Source: Octopus vulgaris (lineage: Eukaryota). From it: 64,000 nucleotides of DNA. This document shows, piece by piece, positions 28,549 to 43,486 of this stretch. The stretch spans positions 102,982,001-103,046,000 of the forward strand of contig OX597821.1 in the NCBI GenBank assembly GCA_951406725.2, in the 5' to 3' direction. Made by a program: the position numbers and the translations under genes. Position 1 is the stretch's first letter, and each line of letters begins with the position of its first letter. The notes beneath the pieces are model-generated. The model was not told where the DNA came from. It did no database searches and saw only the letters and a list, made by a program, of their open reading frames with translations.

Positions 28549-28721
28549 TAGTTGTTTCAAATGCTGCATTGAAGATTGCAAATGCAATTCGCAGCTAAAA
28601 CACAACGGATCATCAGGTGGAGCACCTTATTGCATTATCTTACTGAGATCTTTCATCATCCAATGCAGAGTTTCAAGCAACCACAACGTTGAAACGTATG
28701 TAGGAACAAATACTCGTGCTT

Positions 28722-29127
28722 ATCGTGGCTGTGTGAGAAGAAGCTTGCTTCCAAACCACATGGGTTCAGTCTCACAGCGTGGTACCTTTTACTATATATA
28801 GCCTCAAGCCGACTAAAACCTTGTGAGTAGATTTGGTAGATGGAAATTGAAAGAAGCCCGTCGTTTAAACACACATACAATCACACATATGTATATGTTT
28901 GTGTGTGTGTGTGTGTGTGTCTGTGTTTTCCCCCACCATCGCTTGACAACCGATGTTGGTGTATTTACCTCACTGTAACTTAGCAGTTCGGCCAAAGTAA
29001 CCGATAGAATAAGTACTCGGCTTACAAAGAATAAGCCCCGGGTTCGATTTCTTCGACTGAAAACCCTTCAAGGCGGTGCTCCAGCTTGGCTGCATCCAAA
29101 TGACTGAAACCAGTCAAAGAATAAAAT
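28722..29127 (+). mobile_element. SINE family A
   Basis: Family A sequence. Confidence 0.8.
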
Positions 29128-29147
29128 AATATATATATATATATATA

Positions 29148-29379
29148 CCAATTAAGAAAAAGTGGACAGTCAACATGCTAGATATAGACGTCAAATCGCC
29201 ATTCACCACAAAAGATAATCTTTTGTGGTGAATGGCGATTTGACGTCTATATCTAGCATGTTGACTGTCCACTTTTCGTGTTCAGTCCTAATTGGTATAT
29301 ATAAATATTTTAATCTTCGGATTCTTTTTAATATGCTAGACCACTGGTCTTAATTGATAAATATCAATTTCTACCCTTA

Positions 29380-29388
<9 letters not shown>
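29148..29388. mobile_element. Palindromic element, copy 2 (centre-deleted), in (TA)n
   Basis: Same arms and tail as 1268-1537. The centre is reduced to CAAAAGAT-A-ATCTTTTG, and there is a ~10-bp deletion in the left arm. Confidence 0.85.
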
Positions 29389-29428
<40 letters not shown>

Positions 29429-29475
29429 GTGTGTGTATTTTTATATATGCGTATGTATGGTTGAGTGTGAATGTG

Positions 29476-29509
<34 letters not shown>

Positions 29510-29870
29510 AGTATTGCACACCGTTGCACTGAAGAACAACTAGGATATTTATAGCCAAAAACGAAAATTCTGCGGCAAACGGACGAGAAGCATAAATCTG
29601 ATCCCTTTATCAGATGTCAATAGGAAGTCCTTGCAATCAAATGACGGTGTCAGCAGACCTGTTGAGTTCTCTACGGCGTCAACAAGTTCCTATGTATGTG
29701 CTGCGTCTGTTTTCCGGTTTTACAGTAAAATTCCTTGTTGTCCGTCTGCGATACTATCTTCCGAAATATTTACAACGCGACACAGCTGTTATTTTTCTCA
29801 ACTTGACAAACTCACACACACGGGCGAAAAAAAATTGAAACACAAAACACAAACACATACACATACAAAC

Positions 29871-29922
<52 letters not shown>

Positions 29923-29942
29923 GCTTGTGATTAAGGACAGTA

Positions 29943-29976
29943 CAAGGAATGGCTGAGTATGTGCGTATGCGTACAT

Positions 29977-30014
<38 letters not shown>

Positions 30015-30049
30015 ACAAGGAATGGCTGAGTATGTGCGTATGCGTACAT

Positions 30050-30091
<42 letters not shown>

Positions 30092-30122
30092 GGAATGGCT
30101 GAGTATGTGCGTATGCGTACAT

Positions 30123-30154
<32 letters not shown>

Positions 30155-30185
30155 GGAATGGCTGAGTATGTGCGTATGCGTACAT

Positions 30186-30217
<32 letters not shown>

Positions 30218-30248
30218 GGAATGGCTGAGTATGTGCGTATGCGTACAT

Positions 30249-30290
<42 letters not shown>

Positions 30291-30321
30291 GGAATGGCTG
30301 AGTATGTGCGTATGCGTACAT

Positions 30322-30355
<34 letters not shown>

Positions 30356-30386
30356 GGAATGGCTGAGTATGTGCGTATGCGTACAT

Positions 30387-30418
<32 letters not shown>

Positions 30419-30449
30419 GGAATGGCTGAGTATGTGCGTATGCGTACAT

Positions 30450-30485
<36 letters not shown>

Positions 30486-30577
30486 GGAATGGCTGAGTAT
30501 GTGCGTATGCGTACATGCACACACACACACACACACACACACACAAGGAATGGCTGAGTATGTGCGTATGCGTACAT

Positions 30578-30625
<48 letters not shown>
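29943..30625. repeat. Minisatellite: 10 identical 35-mers (CAAGGAATGGCTGAGTATGTGCGTATGCGTACATG) separated by variable (CA)n
   Basis: Units start at 29943, 30016, 30089, 30152, 30215, 30288, 30353, 30416, 30483 and 30544. Confidence 0.95.
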
Positions 30626-30632
<7 letters not shown>

Positions 30633-30808
30633 CATCATGTTATCAAGGCACCGCCCAGACTATCTGATGTTGTTATACATCGCAGGTCACGATGCACTTC
30701 ATATCGTTTTAGCATTCAAATGATGACACATCGCTGCCTGGTGAGCAGGCTAACACTCTCCCCGATCGGAAGGCTAATCTGTCGAAGGGTTCTATCTATC
30801 TATCTATC

Positions 30809-30888
<80 letters not shown>

Positions 30889-31284
30889 TTCCTTTATTCT
30901 TTTACTTGCTTCAGTCATTTGACTGCGGGCATGCTAATGGCGTGGCTGTGCTGTAAGAAGCTTGCTTTCCAACTACATGTTTCTGGGTTCAGTCCCATTA
31001 CATGGCACCTTGGACGAGTATCTTCTGCTATAGCCACGGGACCAACCAAGGCCTTGTGAGTGGATTTGGTAGACAGAAACAGGAAGAAACCTGTCGTATA
31101 AATAGCACAGAATTTTGTCAGGGATCAGATCGCAGTCTCAAAGCGACAAAATATTTTGACAAATTAAATTTAAATGTTGAAGTGAATCTAACGGTTTTTG
31201 TGTGTTTTTAAATGGCTTATAAACACCTTCCACGGTGAAATTGTGTATGTATGTATGTATGTATGTATGTATGTATGTATGTAT

Positions 31285-31342
<58 letters not shown>

Positions 31343-32536
31343 GTGAATGGATAATATCGAGACTTGTACACACTTGAAACACAGGAAATATCTAAGGACA
31401 GCATTTGAAGGACCAAAATCGCAGCTGAAACCATCTCGAGTTGGCAATGGTTGACAACACTTTGCAGTGAAAAACCTTTCTGGGGGCAAAGACCAATTCA
31501 GTCCTTGATGCCCTACTCAGGCGAAGCTTCCAGGCTTGTAATTTTGGCATACCTGCTGAAGATACGGAAGTGCTTCCAGCATTGTAATGGTTTTTAATCA
31601 CCGCCAGAATAGTTTGCAACATGGAATATCTTTAAATGGCTCCTGCGGTTTCTGTCTGGGACAAAGTATCTTTAATGTTTATATCACCTTAGTGGTATGA
31701 GAAAAGGAGGGTGAGGTGGGAAAAAAAAAACTAAGGTTTAACACATGACTAACACAGCACGATTTCCTTCCTCCCCTCATCTCTCTCTCTCTCCCCCTTT
31801 CGTATCAATTTCAATGTTAGTTCTTGTTTGTTCATCTTGTTATTTAGCTTACATGGGTTAAGTCCGGCAAAATAGCATATCTTAAATTTTTGTTTTGTAT
31901 TTATATTTTGATGTTTATTTTATTTATTTAGGTTTATTCAGTTTAGTAAAAAACTTAAAAAAAGTTAAACCAACTTTTAAAAAGCTGAAGTTTCTCGTGT
32001 GATATATGAAAATATACTGTTATACTTATATACATACAAATGTAATTATATACATACAAAGCACATACATAAGCAAAATTTAGATACACATGAGCACGAA
32101 TATACACATATATAGACACACGGGCGCACACATTCGCATACACACTCTTTTCTTTCAGTCCCTTTCGGCGTTATCCGTTTTATATCGACCCATGCCGACC
32201 CGGATGTGTAACACATTGTAATATTGTATGTATGTATGTATGTATGTATGTATGTATGTATGTATGTATGTATGTATGTATGTATGTATGTATGCATGAA
32301 TGTATGCACGTATGTGTGCATATATATATATATACATATATGTGTGTGTACGTATGTATGTATGTATATATATGTGTGTGTGTGTGTGAGTGTGTATGTG
32401 TGTGTGTATGTGTGTGTGTATGTGTGTGTGTGCTAGTGTTTAATATATACATATATGTATATATATGTACATATATGAATAAATATATATATATATACGT
32501 ACATATATGCATATATGTATATATTTATATGTATAT

Positions 32537-32583
<47 letters not shown>

Positions 32584-32959
32584 CATACATACATATGCCA
32601 GAGCAGAGTATCAGTTGTCGTTTCCATGATAATATGTTTTGAACAGTTTTTTAGAGGTCATGGCGACACAGTGATACAAATTCATATTATCTAAAGAACA
32701 GCTAGATTGCCTATGGGCACGTATGTATGTATGTATGTATGTATGTATGTATGTATGTATGTATGTATGTATGTATGTATGTATGTATGTATGTATGTGT
32801 TTGTGTGTGTATGTATGTGTTTGTGTGTGTATATATGTGAGTGTCTGTGTGTGTGTGCTTGAATACTTGTCTATATGGTTTTGCAACATTGATTGTATAT
32901 GTATGTTACGTAATTGTCCTCCTAAGACATGCTGACGATGATATGAATTCACAAGAACA

Positions 32960-33312
32960 ATTGTCGCAACATAAGTGTTCTCTGGCATTCTATCACGCCC
33001 TCATCTCGCTCTCTCTCTCTCATTTCCAAGACAATACCACACACATCCTTAACAATGACAGTTAAATCGCACACAAGCCTATTACAATAATTCTGGTATT
33101 CTCGCATTCTGGTATTCTGGTATTCTATCACATCCTCATATCTCTCTTATTTTCCACAGCCTAAACAATAAGTATTATGTCATAGACAGACATATCACAA
33201 TAATTCTGGAATTCTGGTATTCTCGTGTTCTATCATACCCTCATCTCTCTCATATCTGCTGCCTAAACAATAGCCATTATGTAATTGCACAGACCTATTT
33301 ACAATAATTCTT
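32960..33312. repeat. Diverged tandem repeat, about three units of ~105-130 bp
   Basis: ACAATAATTCTGG.ATTCT..TTCTATCA...CCTCAT.TC and GCCTAAACAATA recur. Confidence 0.65.
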
Positions 33313-33767
33313 TTGTCGATCCGTACACTCCTCGGAATAGCAGTGGCGTCATGGCGAGTAATATCAGACTTCCAGTTCTTCGGTTCCTCTGTTCTGTAGA
33401 CATACACACAAGTACACAAACACATATACAGATTTGCGCATATACACACACACAGGCGCGCACGCGCACACGCACTCGCGATGGAAATGAGGAAAGGTTG
33501 ATGAAAGGAAATCATGACGGTAGTTCTCGAGTGTCTGGATAATGAAAATCCTGATTATGCAAGAACCCTATTTCCTGATAATGGAAATGATGATGATGAT
33601 GATGATGATGATGATATGATGATGATGATGATGATAATAATGATAATGGCGACTACAACGACGACGACGACAACGATTATGATGATGATGATGATGATGG
33701 TGATGACGATGATGATGATGACGACGGCGACGATGAAGATGGTGATGATGATGATGATGTCTGTCTG

Positions 33768-33807
<40 letters not shown>

Positions 33808-33814
33808 CCTATCC

Positions 33815-33875
<61 letters not shown>

Positions 33876-34639
33876 CCTATCCATCTGTTTGTCTGTCCGT
33901 CTGTCTCTCTACCTGCCTGCCTGCCTGTCTGTCTATCTCTCTCGGTCTATCTATCCGCATGTATGTATGTGTGAATGTATCTTTGCGTTTGTCTCACAGC
34001 ACTTGACAACCGCTGTTGGTTCGTTTACCTTCCCGTATCTTACATATCAGTTCGGCAAAAGAGATCAATAATTACCAGAACTTAATCAAAAAGAAACGAA
34101 AAAAGCAATGAAATACCGGACTTGATTTGATCTGCAAAACCTTGCAAGGCGCTACCCCAGCCTGTCCGCTGTCCGCAGTCTGAAACACGCAAACTTCGTT
34201 TAAAAGCACCCATCATAATTTTATAAAACATTAGCAATTTGTCCAGCCCCCTAATCAATCCTCACAGGGCCCCATCTCAATCAGAAACACCGACTTAGAT
34301 GATTTCATGTTCCAAGGAGTGGAACACTCGAGCGTAGAGTATCGATTGCATTCTTTAATTGACCAATGAATGACTCATTTGTGTTATGTTCTAAGGCTAA
34401 CCTTTCCCGCTATTTCCTTGTGGCAGATAACCATTACGATGAAGCGGAGAGCAGTTTCCTGCTTATATTGTTTAACGATTATTAGTGCGAGGTAACGAGG
34501 AAGTAGTCAGTACACGGTCGGCAGATCGGCTAAAAATAGCGGGAAAATCTCCCTCAAATCTCACACTGTTATCTGAGAGGGGGAAAAAAACAAAAAAAAA
34601 ACAACAAAAAAACAAAAAGGGTGCATGTACTTACTCTCT

Positions 34640-34833
34640 CTTTTTACTCTTTTACTTGTTTCAGTCACTTGACTGCGGACATGCTGGAGCACCGCGTTTA
34701 GTCGAGCAAATCGACCCCATGACTTATTATTTGGAAGCCTAGTACTTATTCTATCGGTCTATTTTGCCGAACCGCTAAGTTACGGGGACGTAAACACACC
34801 AACATCGGTTGTCAAGCGATGCTGGGGGACAAA

Positions 34834-34902
<69 letters not shown>

Positions 34903-35061
34903 CGACGGGCTTCTTTCAGTTTCCGTCTACCAAATCCACTCATAAGGCTTAGATCGGGCCGAGGCTATAGTAGAAGACACTTGCCCAAGATGCCACGCAG
35001 TGGGACTGAACCCGGAACCATGTGGTTGGTAAGTAAGCTACTTACCACACAGCCACTCCTA
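34640..35061 (-). mobile_element. SINE family A, full length
   Basis: Family A sequence. Confidence 0.85.
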
Positions 35062-35619
35062 TATATACGACGTGTTTTCACACAGTTTCCGTCTACCAAA
35101 TTCATTCGCAAGGAAGACACTTGCCGAGGGTATCGCACATTGGACTCTGAATTCCTTGGAAGCAAAAATTCCGAGTGAACCAACATTTTCAAACCACCAT
35201 TCCCAAACGAACCGAAGATTGTCGTCAGCGTCTTCTAAAAGCAATTTATTCGCAAAATTAGCGAACTCATATGATCATATTTATTTTAGTTGTCAAATAT
35301 AACCCCTGGAAAGGGTGGGTACTGCTGCTAGCAGTTATCAAATAAATATCATATATACAAATGACAGAGGATTTTAGTACAGAAAGTTTGGATTGACAGG
35401 AATTTGAATAGAACTATTAATAGCCCGCCATGTATTAATACACACCTATCCTTCACAACCGGATGTCTGATTCCAGAATTCCATAATGTTAAGTAGACCC
35501 AAAGGCCATAGAGTAATTTTAACCTAGGGTGGCCATCCTGTTTATATATGACAATTTTTGCTCATATTTTCGTTTTTTTTTTCTTTAAAAGAAAGGAAGA
35601 AATATTCTTCCCATATCCG

Positions 35620-35900
35620 ATTACTTTTTCACTCAAAGCTTGACTTAATCTCTGTATAGAAAGGTTGTCTGCTGGACGAGGCTGAAAGCGTGAGGACAGA
35701 GATTTACCACTTAGGTAGAGTCCTCTTTGGGTTTTTCAAGTTTCATTAAGGAGGGAGAGAGAGGGAGGAGAGGGAGGTGCTGTCCTCTAGTGAGTTTATT
35801 GAAAGGTGAAAATTGCGAAAACGGCAAGATGTTACCACTCTAAGTATAGACCTTGAATTGGAGAACAGGAATCGGCCTTGGCGTTCAGGGAGATCTTGGA
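35620..35900 (+). pseudogene. Decayed Tx1-like LINE 3' fragment
   Basis: GAGAGGGAGGTGCTGTCCTCTAGTGAGTTTATTGAAAG matches 8319-8356. Confidence 0.55.
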
Positions 35901-36214
35901 CGGTGGGATTTCTCGATTATCCTTAGAAAACCTCCTGTGTCAGGAGGACAGCATCACTATAATCTCCCTTTATATTTATTATCGGTACTTTTTGGTTATC
36001 TCACCCCCATTAAAAAAATTGCCATTAAAAAATTGGGTTATCTCCCCATTAAAAATCGAGTTAATGTGGCGAAAAGAGACTGGATTAAAAGAGATCCATT
36101 TGATTCAATACTTCAACGAATTGTTGGTGTTTGGCCCCCTCAAAAGACATGGAATTATTTGTTATATAAATGCTATCAGATTCAATAAGATGTTTAATTT
36201 TTTCACTTTTCATG

Positions 36215-36668
36215 CTTTATTCTTTTATACTCTTATTTGTTTCAGTCTTTTGACTGCGGTCATGCTGGTGCACCGCATTTAGTCGAACAAATCGACCCCC
36301 AGGACTTATTCTTTGTAAGCCTAGTCGAGGTCGACTTTGCCTTTTATCGTTTCGAGGTCGATAAATTAAATACCAGCAACGCACTGGGGTCGATATAATC
36401 GACTTAATCCGTTTGTCTGTCCTTGTTTGTCCCCTTTGTGTGTAGTCCCATGTGGGCAGTAAAGAAATAAGAAACGTTAGCACGCCGGGCGAAATGCTTA
36501 GCAGTATTTCGTCTGTCTTTACGTTCTGAGTTCAAATTCCCCCAAGGTCGACTTTGCCTTTCATCCCTTGGGGGTCGATAAATTAAGTACCAGTTGCGTA
36601 CTGGAGTCGATCTAATCGACTGCCCCCCCTCCCCAAAAATTTCGGGCCTTGTGCCTAGAGTAGAAAAT
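36215..36668. mobile_element. SINE A tail (minus) joined to two SINE B copies (plus)
   Basis: Family-diagnostic motifs in the stated orientations. Confidence 0.75.
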
Positions 36669-37383
36669 ATAGCATTCTGTGAACAACGATAAAGAATTTC
36701 TTGGAGATTATAACTTCCTGTGAAATAGAACCATCAACTCGAACCTTTATAGCTTCCAAGTTTAGTAAATCAACAATTCCCCATGTGTTCCCAGTTTTAT
36801 TTTATTTTACTTTTTTTTGTTTATAAAAATATGTATCGGCGCAAGCATGGCTGCATGGTTAATGAATTTACTTTGTAACCATGTGGCTTCGAGTTCAGTT
36901 TCACAGTGCGGCTCGTTGTGCAAGTGTCTTCTACTATAGTTCCGGACCGACCAAAATCTTGTGAGTTGTATTTGGTAAACAAAAACTGTGCGGAAGTCCG
37001 CACACTTGCCCCAGTCGGGGCTCAAGAGTAACCGCATTCTACCTTGCAAAATTTCTGTCGGCCTCCTATGGCTGGAAGAATTTCGAAGAGATGTAAACGC
37101 AAAGAAGTTTAGGACAAAGAAGAATGTAGGAAGTGAGGAAGCGCAGACGTCTTTGATTCCTGGTGATGGCGGAACATATGGTTCTTGCATTGCATTTAAG
37201 GAAATAGGAAGGAAGTTTGTTGTTTTTTTTTTGCTATTATAAGCAGACATTGCGATGTTACATTAGGTAAGAACTTCGACACGCGCGTGCTGCTATGAAC
37301 AACGACGACGACGACGATGATGATGATGATGATGATAGTGGCGAAATTGGTGGTAGTGGTGGTCGTGGGGGTAAGTGGTGATA

Positions 37384-37418
<35 letters not shown>

Positions 37419-37601
37419 TGGTGAAGATGATGAGGAGAATGATGATGGTGGTGGCGATGATGACGACAACGATTATGATGATAATGACAACGACGACGAC
37501 AATGATAATGATGACGATGATGATGATGATGACGACGATGATGATGATGGTCAAGATGATGGTGACGACAACGACGAAAACCATCACAACGACGATGATT
37601 A

Positions 37602-38065
37602 GGCGGTGAGCTGGCAGAATCGTTAGCACGCCAGGCGAAATGCTTAGCAGTATTTCGTCTGCCGCCACGTTCTGAGTTCAAATTCCGCCGAGGTCGACTT
37701 TGCCTTTCATCCTTTCGGGGTCGATTAAATAAGTACCTATTTCTTTATTACCCACAAGGGGCTAAACACAGAGGGGACAAACAAGGACAGACATAGGTAT
37801 TAAGTCGATTACATCGACCCCAGTGCGTAACTGGTACTTAATTTATCGACCCCAAAGTCGACCTCGGCGGAATTTGAACTCACAACCTAACGCAGACGAA
37901 ATACCGCTAAGCATTTCGCCCGGCGTGCTAACGTTTCTGCCAGCTCGCCGCCTTATCGATTAAATAAGTACCAGTTACGCACTGGGTCGATGTAATCGAC
38001 TTAATCCATTTGTCTGTCCTTGTTTGTCCTCTCTGTGTTTAGCCCCTTGAGGGTAGCAAAGAAAT
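37602..38065 (+). mobile_element. SINE B interrupted by an inverted SINE B (37738-37955) with a 17-bp TSD
   Basis: TCGATTAAATAAGTACC occurs at 37721-37737 and 37956-37972, flanking the minus-strand copy. Confidence 0.85.
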
Positions 38066-38487
38066 ATATATTAATGACGATGACGATGATGATGATGATG
38101 ATGTGTAGGTGGTGTTCGGTAAACAGGAGGGCAGAGACGGGGGAGTGGTGGCGGCAGTCTGTAGGTCGGTGGGTAGGTGGGACGGTCAGTCGGCGGGTGG
38201 TTGTTGAAGGGAATGTCCTGCCGATCCCCTCCTTCTAAGAAGCTTCTTGTAATGAGGAAGTAACTCTCAGACAATCATTATAGCGTGACACACGAAACAT
38301 TTCATGTTCTTTGTTAGTTTCAATTTGGGGGACGCAGGCGCGCGCGCGCGTGATTGTGTGTGTGTGTGTGCTGGGTGTTGGTGGGAGGAGGTGTTGGCTG
38401 TGTGTGTGTGTGTGTGCATGGGAGCGTATGTGTCACAGTGCTTGTGTGTGTGTGTGTGTGTATGTGTGTGTGTGGGTGTGTATAAAT

Positions 38488-38526
<39 letters not shown>

Positions 38527-38559
38527 TGTGTGTCACAGTTCTTGTGTGTCTATCGGTGC

Positions 38560-38606
<47 letters not shown>

Positions 38607-38695
38607 CGCGCGCGCGAGAACGAAAAATCTCAGATGGCGCTCGTAAACAAAATAATGTTAATGAGAAAGAACATAGGGAGAGAGAGAGAGAGTGT

Positions 38696-38764
<69 letters not shown>

Positions 38765-39400
38765 ATAAACAAGTGACAGACGGACGAAGACACAAACAAC
38801 CAGCCAGCCAGCCAGCCAGACAAACAGACAGGCAGACAGACACAGGAAGACAAACAGACAGGCAGGCAGGCAGACCGTCGTGTGACACGAGACAGGGCGA
38901 AGAGACACAAGATGAAGGAAGAAACGAAAGACAAAACGCAATATACATGTCAAAGAAAGATGACTAAAGACAGACGATGATGACAAGACGAACAGACAGA
39001 CACACAGACAAACGGGAATAAGACTCATCGCTGGTTGTAACTTTCTCCTACACCGTGTGTCATCAGAATATGTTTAATATTTTCATGTGTGTATATTAAT
39101 ATAAACCAGCAGACATGCAACTTGACGTGTGTTTTTTACTTGTTTCAGTCATTGGATCGCGGCCATGCTGGGGCATCGCTTCAAAGAGTTTTAGTCTGAT
39201 AGATCGATCTCTGTAGTTTTGTTTGTTAGTTTGTTTGTTTGTTTGTTTTTAAAGGTTGGTACTTATGCTATCGGTTTCTTTCTGAAGAATTGCTAAGTTG
39301 CTGGGACTTAAACAAACCAACACCGGTTGTCAAATGATGTGTGTGTGTGTGTGTGTGTGTGTGGAAGGGGGACAAACACAGATACAAAGACATACTCGCA

Positions 39401-39481
<81 letters not shown>

Positions 39482-39482
39482 G

Positions 39483-39549
<67 letters not shown>

Positions 39550-39556
39550 GCCTATC

Positions 39557-39616
<60 letters not shown>

Positions 39617-39880
39617 AAGGTTTTCGCCCACTAAATTCATTCGTTGGTCAACCCCAGCGCTATAGTTGAAGACATCTGCCGAAAGTGCTGCACAATGGGA
39701 CCGAAACCCGAAACCACATGTTTGCAAAAGCAGGCTTCTTAACCACAAAGCCACTATGTGACCATTTGTGCGTGCGCGCGCGCGTGTTTCACATACGCAC
39801 GCACAACCATTTGATTTTTGTAGACAAATCATTTGTGAAAATTGTTCAACAAGGAATTGCAAAACTGTCTTTCTCGTATT

Positions 39881-41526
<1,646 letters not shown>

Positions 41527-42569
41527 GGTTTTATTTATTTATACATTTATTTACTCATTTATTTATTGGGAGAAGGAATGGGGGAGAGAAGTATGATTGT
41601 TGAGAAGGCGATGGTGGAGGTGGTGACAGTGATGACGCTGGGGGGAAAATAGTGGAAAGACAGCGGGGAGGGAGTGGAGATTGAATAAATCGGAAACTAC
41701 CAGGGCGATGGAGAATGTGATGGTTGGGTTAGGTTGATGCGGGTGCGGGGCGAGTGGGATGTGAAAGAGACTCGATGTTATGTAGTACGAGAGGAGGTGG
41801 AGGAGGAGGAGGGGAGACAGAGAGAGAGGGGAAGTGAGGAGGGTGGAGAGTGTGTATATATGTGTGTGTGGGTAAGTGTGTGTGTGTGTGTGTGTGGATA
41901 GATTTTTATCGAGTCGGTGCTTTCTGTTGAAGAAATGGCGGAAGGCATCGGAAGAAGAGATGGAAGAGGAGGACGAGGACGAAGAGGAGAAGGCGGAGGT
42001 GAAGAAGTTCGAAGTTAAGGTGAGGATGAAGAAGAAAGAAAGAAACAAAGAAAAAAGTTGGAAGTTAAAAGAAGTTTGGAGAAGTTAGAAGAAGAAGAAT
42101 GAGGAGGAGGAGGTGGAGGAGGAGAAGGAGAAGAAGCATTAGGAGAAGGGGAGAAGAAGAAGAAGAAGAAGAAGGAAGAAGAAGAAGGAGAAAAAGAAGA
42201 AGAAGAAAGAAGAAGGAGGAGAATGAGGAGGAGAGGGAGAAGAAGGAGGAGGAGAAGAAGAATGTGGAGGGGGAGGGGAAAAAAGAAGAATGAGAAAGAA
42301 GTAAGGAGAAGGGGAGAAGAAGAAGAAGGAAGAAGAAGAAGAAGAAGAAGAAGAAGAAGAAGAAGAAGAAGAAGAAGAAGAAGAAGAAATTACCATACAC
42401 CACTGAAGAATGAAGGAAATGTCTGAAGAGGGGCGGAAGAAAAACTGTTCAAAGTCGACAGCACAAGAAGATTGCCGAACGAAAGAAACTTTTGAAGAAG
42501 AAAAGAAGAAAAACAACCCACAGAAAGAAAGCAAATAGAGAAATCGATACAAGTTCGATTGGGAAGAGC

Positions 42570-42706
42570 TTTGATCAAGTCAGCGGTGATTGAGAAGGGT
42601 TATGATTAAAATCAGCAGTGATTGAGAAGGGTTAAGATCAGTCCATGACTGACTGAGAAGAGATCTGATTAAAGTCAGTAGTGAGTGAGAAAAACTACGA
42701 TCAAAG
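42570..42706. repeat. Diverged ~29-bp minisatellite
   Basis: GAT.AA..TCAG..GTGA.TGAGAAG recurs about 4-5 times. Confidence 0.7.
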
Positions 42707-43048
42707 ACGTTGAAATGTGGCATAGTATGTCTAGGAGTAACATTACTCAATGTGTCCTTTTTTTCTTAAAGACAATCGTATTTGATTTTAAAGTGTCGAG
42801 TGATTACCACGTAGAGACTTCCTGGTAGGTTGGCAACCAGTAGTAGTAGTAGTAGTAGTTGTTGTTGTTGTAGTAGTAGTAGTTATAGTAGTAGTAGTAG
42901 CAGTAGTGATGGTGGTGGCAGCACAGTAGTAGTAGTGGTGGTAGCACTAATAGTAGTGGTGGTGGTAGCAGTTGTAGCAACAGTAAGAGTAGTAGTAGTA
43001 GTAGTAGTAGTAAAGGTAGTGTGGAGGTAGTAGTAGTAGTACTAGTAA

Positions 43049-43081
<33 letters not shown>

Positions 43082-43451
43082 TAGCAGTGGTGGTGGTAGC
43101 AGAAGTAGTAGTAGTGGTGGTGGTGGTGGTCATCGTAGTAATAGTAGTAGTAGTGATGTTGGTGGTAGTGGTGGTGGTGGTAGTGGTGGTGATGGTGGTA
43201 GCAGTGGTGCTGGTAGTGGTAGTGGTGGTGGTAATAGTGGTGCTGGTAGTGGTGGTGTTGGTAGTAGTGGTAGTGGTGGTAGTGATGGTAGCGGTGGTAG
43301 TTGTGGTAGTGTGGGGTGTGGTAGCGGTTGTGGTGGTGGTGGTGACAGTAGTCTGAGGCGCAGAGGAATTGTCTGAAGAGTGAATGGCCACGTCGAACCC
43401 ATACTTAACCGAATCTCCTTTATTCTTATCTCCGGAATCAAACTGACTTAC

Positions 43452-43486
43452 CGTCTTCTATAGAAACCATATTTGTTCTGTTCTGT
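43452..43486 (-). CDS. Candidate 35-nt micro-exon of the minus-strand gene
   Basis: Pyrimidine tract ..TTCTTCTTCCCTCCTCCGCCATTCCTCCGCTTTTGGCAAACAG, then the exon, then a perfect GTAAGT donor. It is open in the phase that follows 58178-58257 (R-QNRTNMVSIED). Confidence 0.3.

Noticed and set aside
29943-30625. True CRISPR array
   Set aside because: The spacers are only (CA)n, no cas genes are present and the context is eukaryotic.
31343-31690. Possible R4/Dong-like 3' end on the minus strand next to (TAA)n
   Set aside because: Only vague similarity to an RLE-element C-terminus; too decayed to call.
33327-33393. Possible minus-strand exon (TEEPKNWKSDITRHDATAIPRS)
   Set aside because: The acceptor CTACAG lacks a pyrimidine tract, the donor GTACGG is weak and no homology is recognisable.
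34427-34491. Plus-strand exon candidate (CTAAC..CAG / GTAACG)
   Set aside because: The donor lies at the edge of a dispersed repeat, and no partner exons were found.
39040-39070. Other CUGAnGA matches (also 26037, 42404, 43373, 49986) and a GAAAC remnant near 57820
   Set aside because: They lack properly placed GAAA or closing stems, so no hammerhead fold forms.
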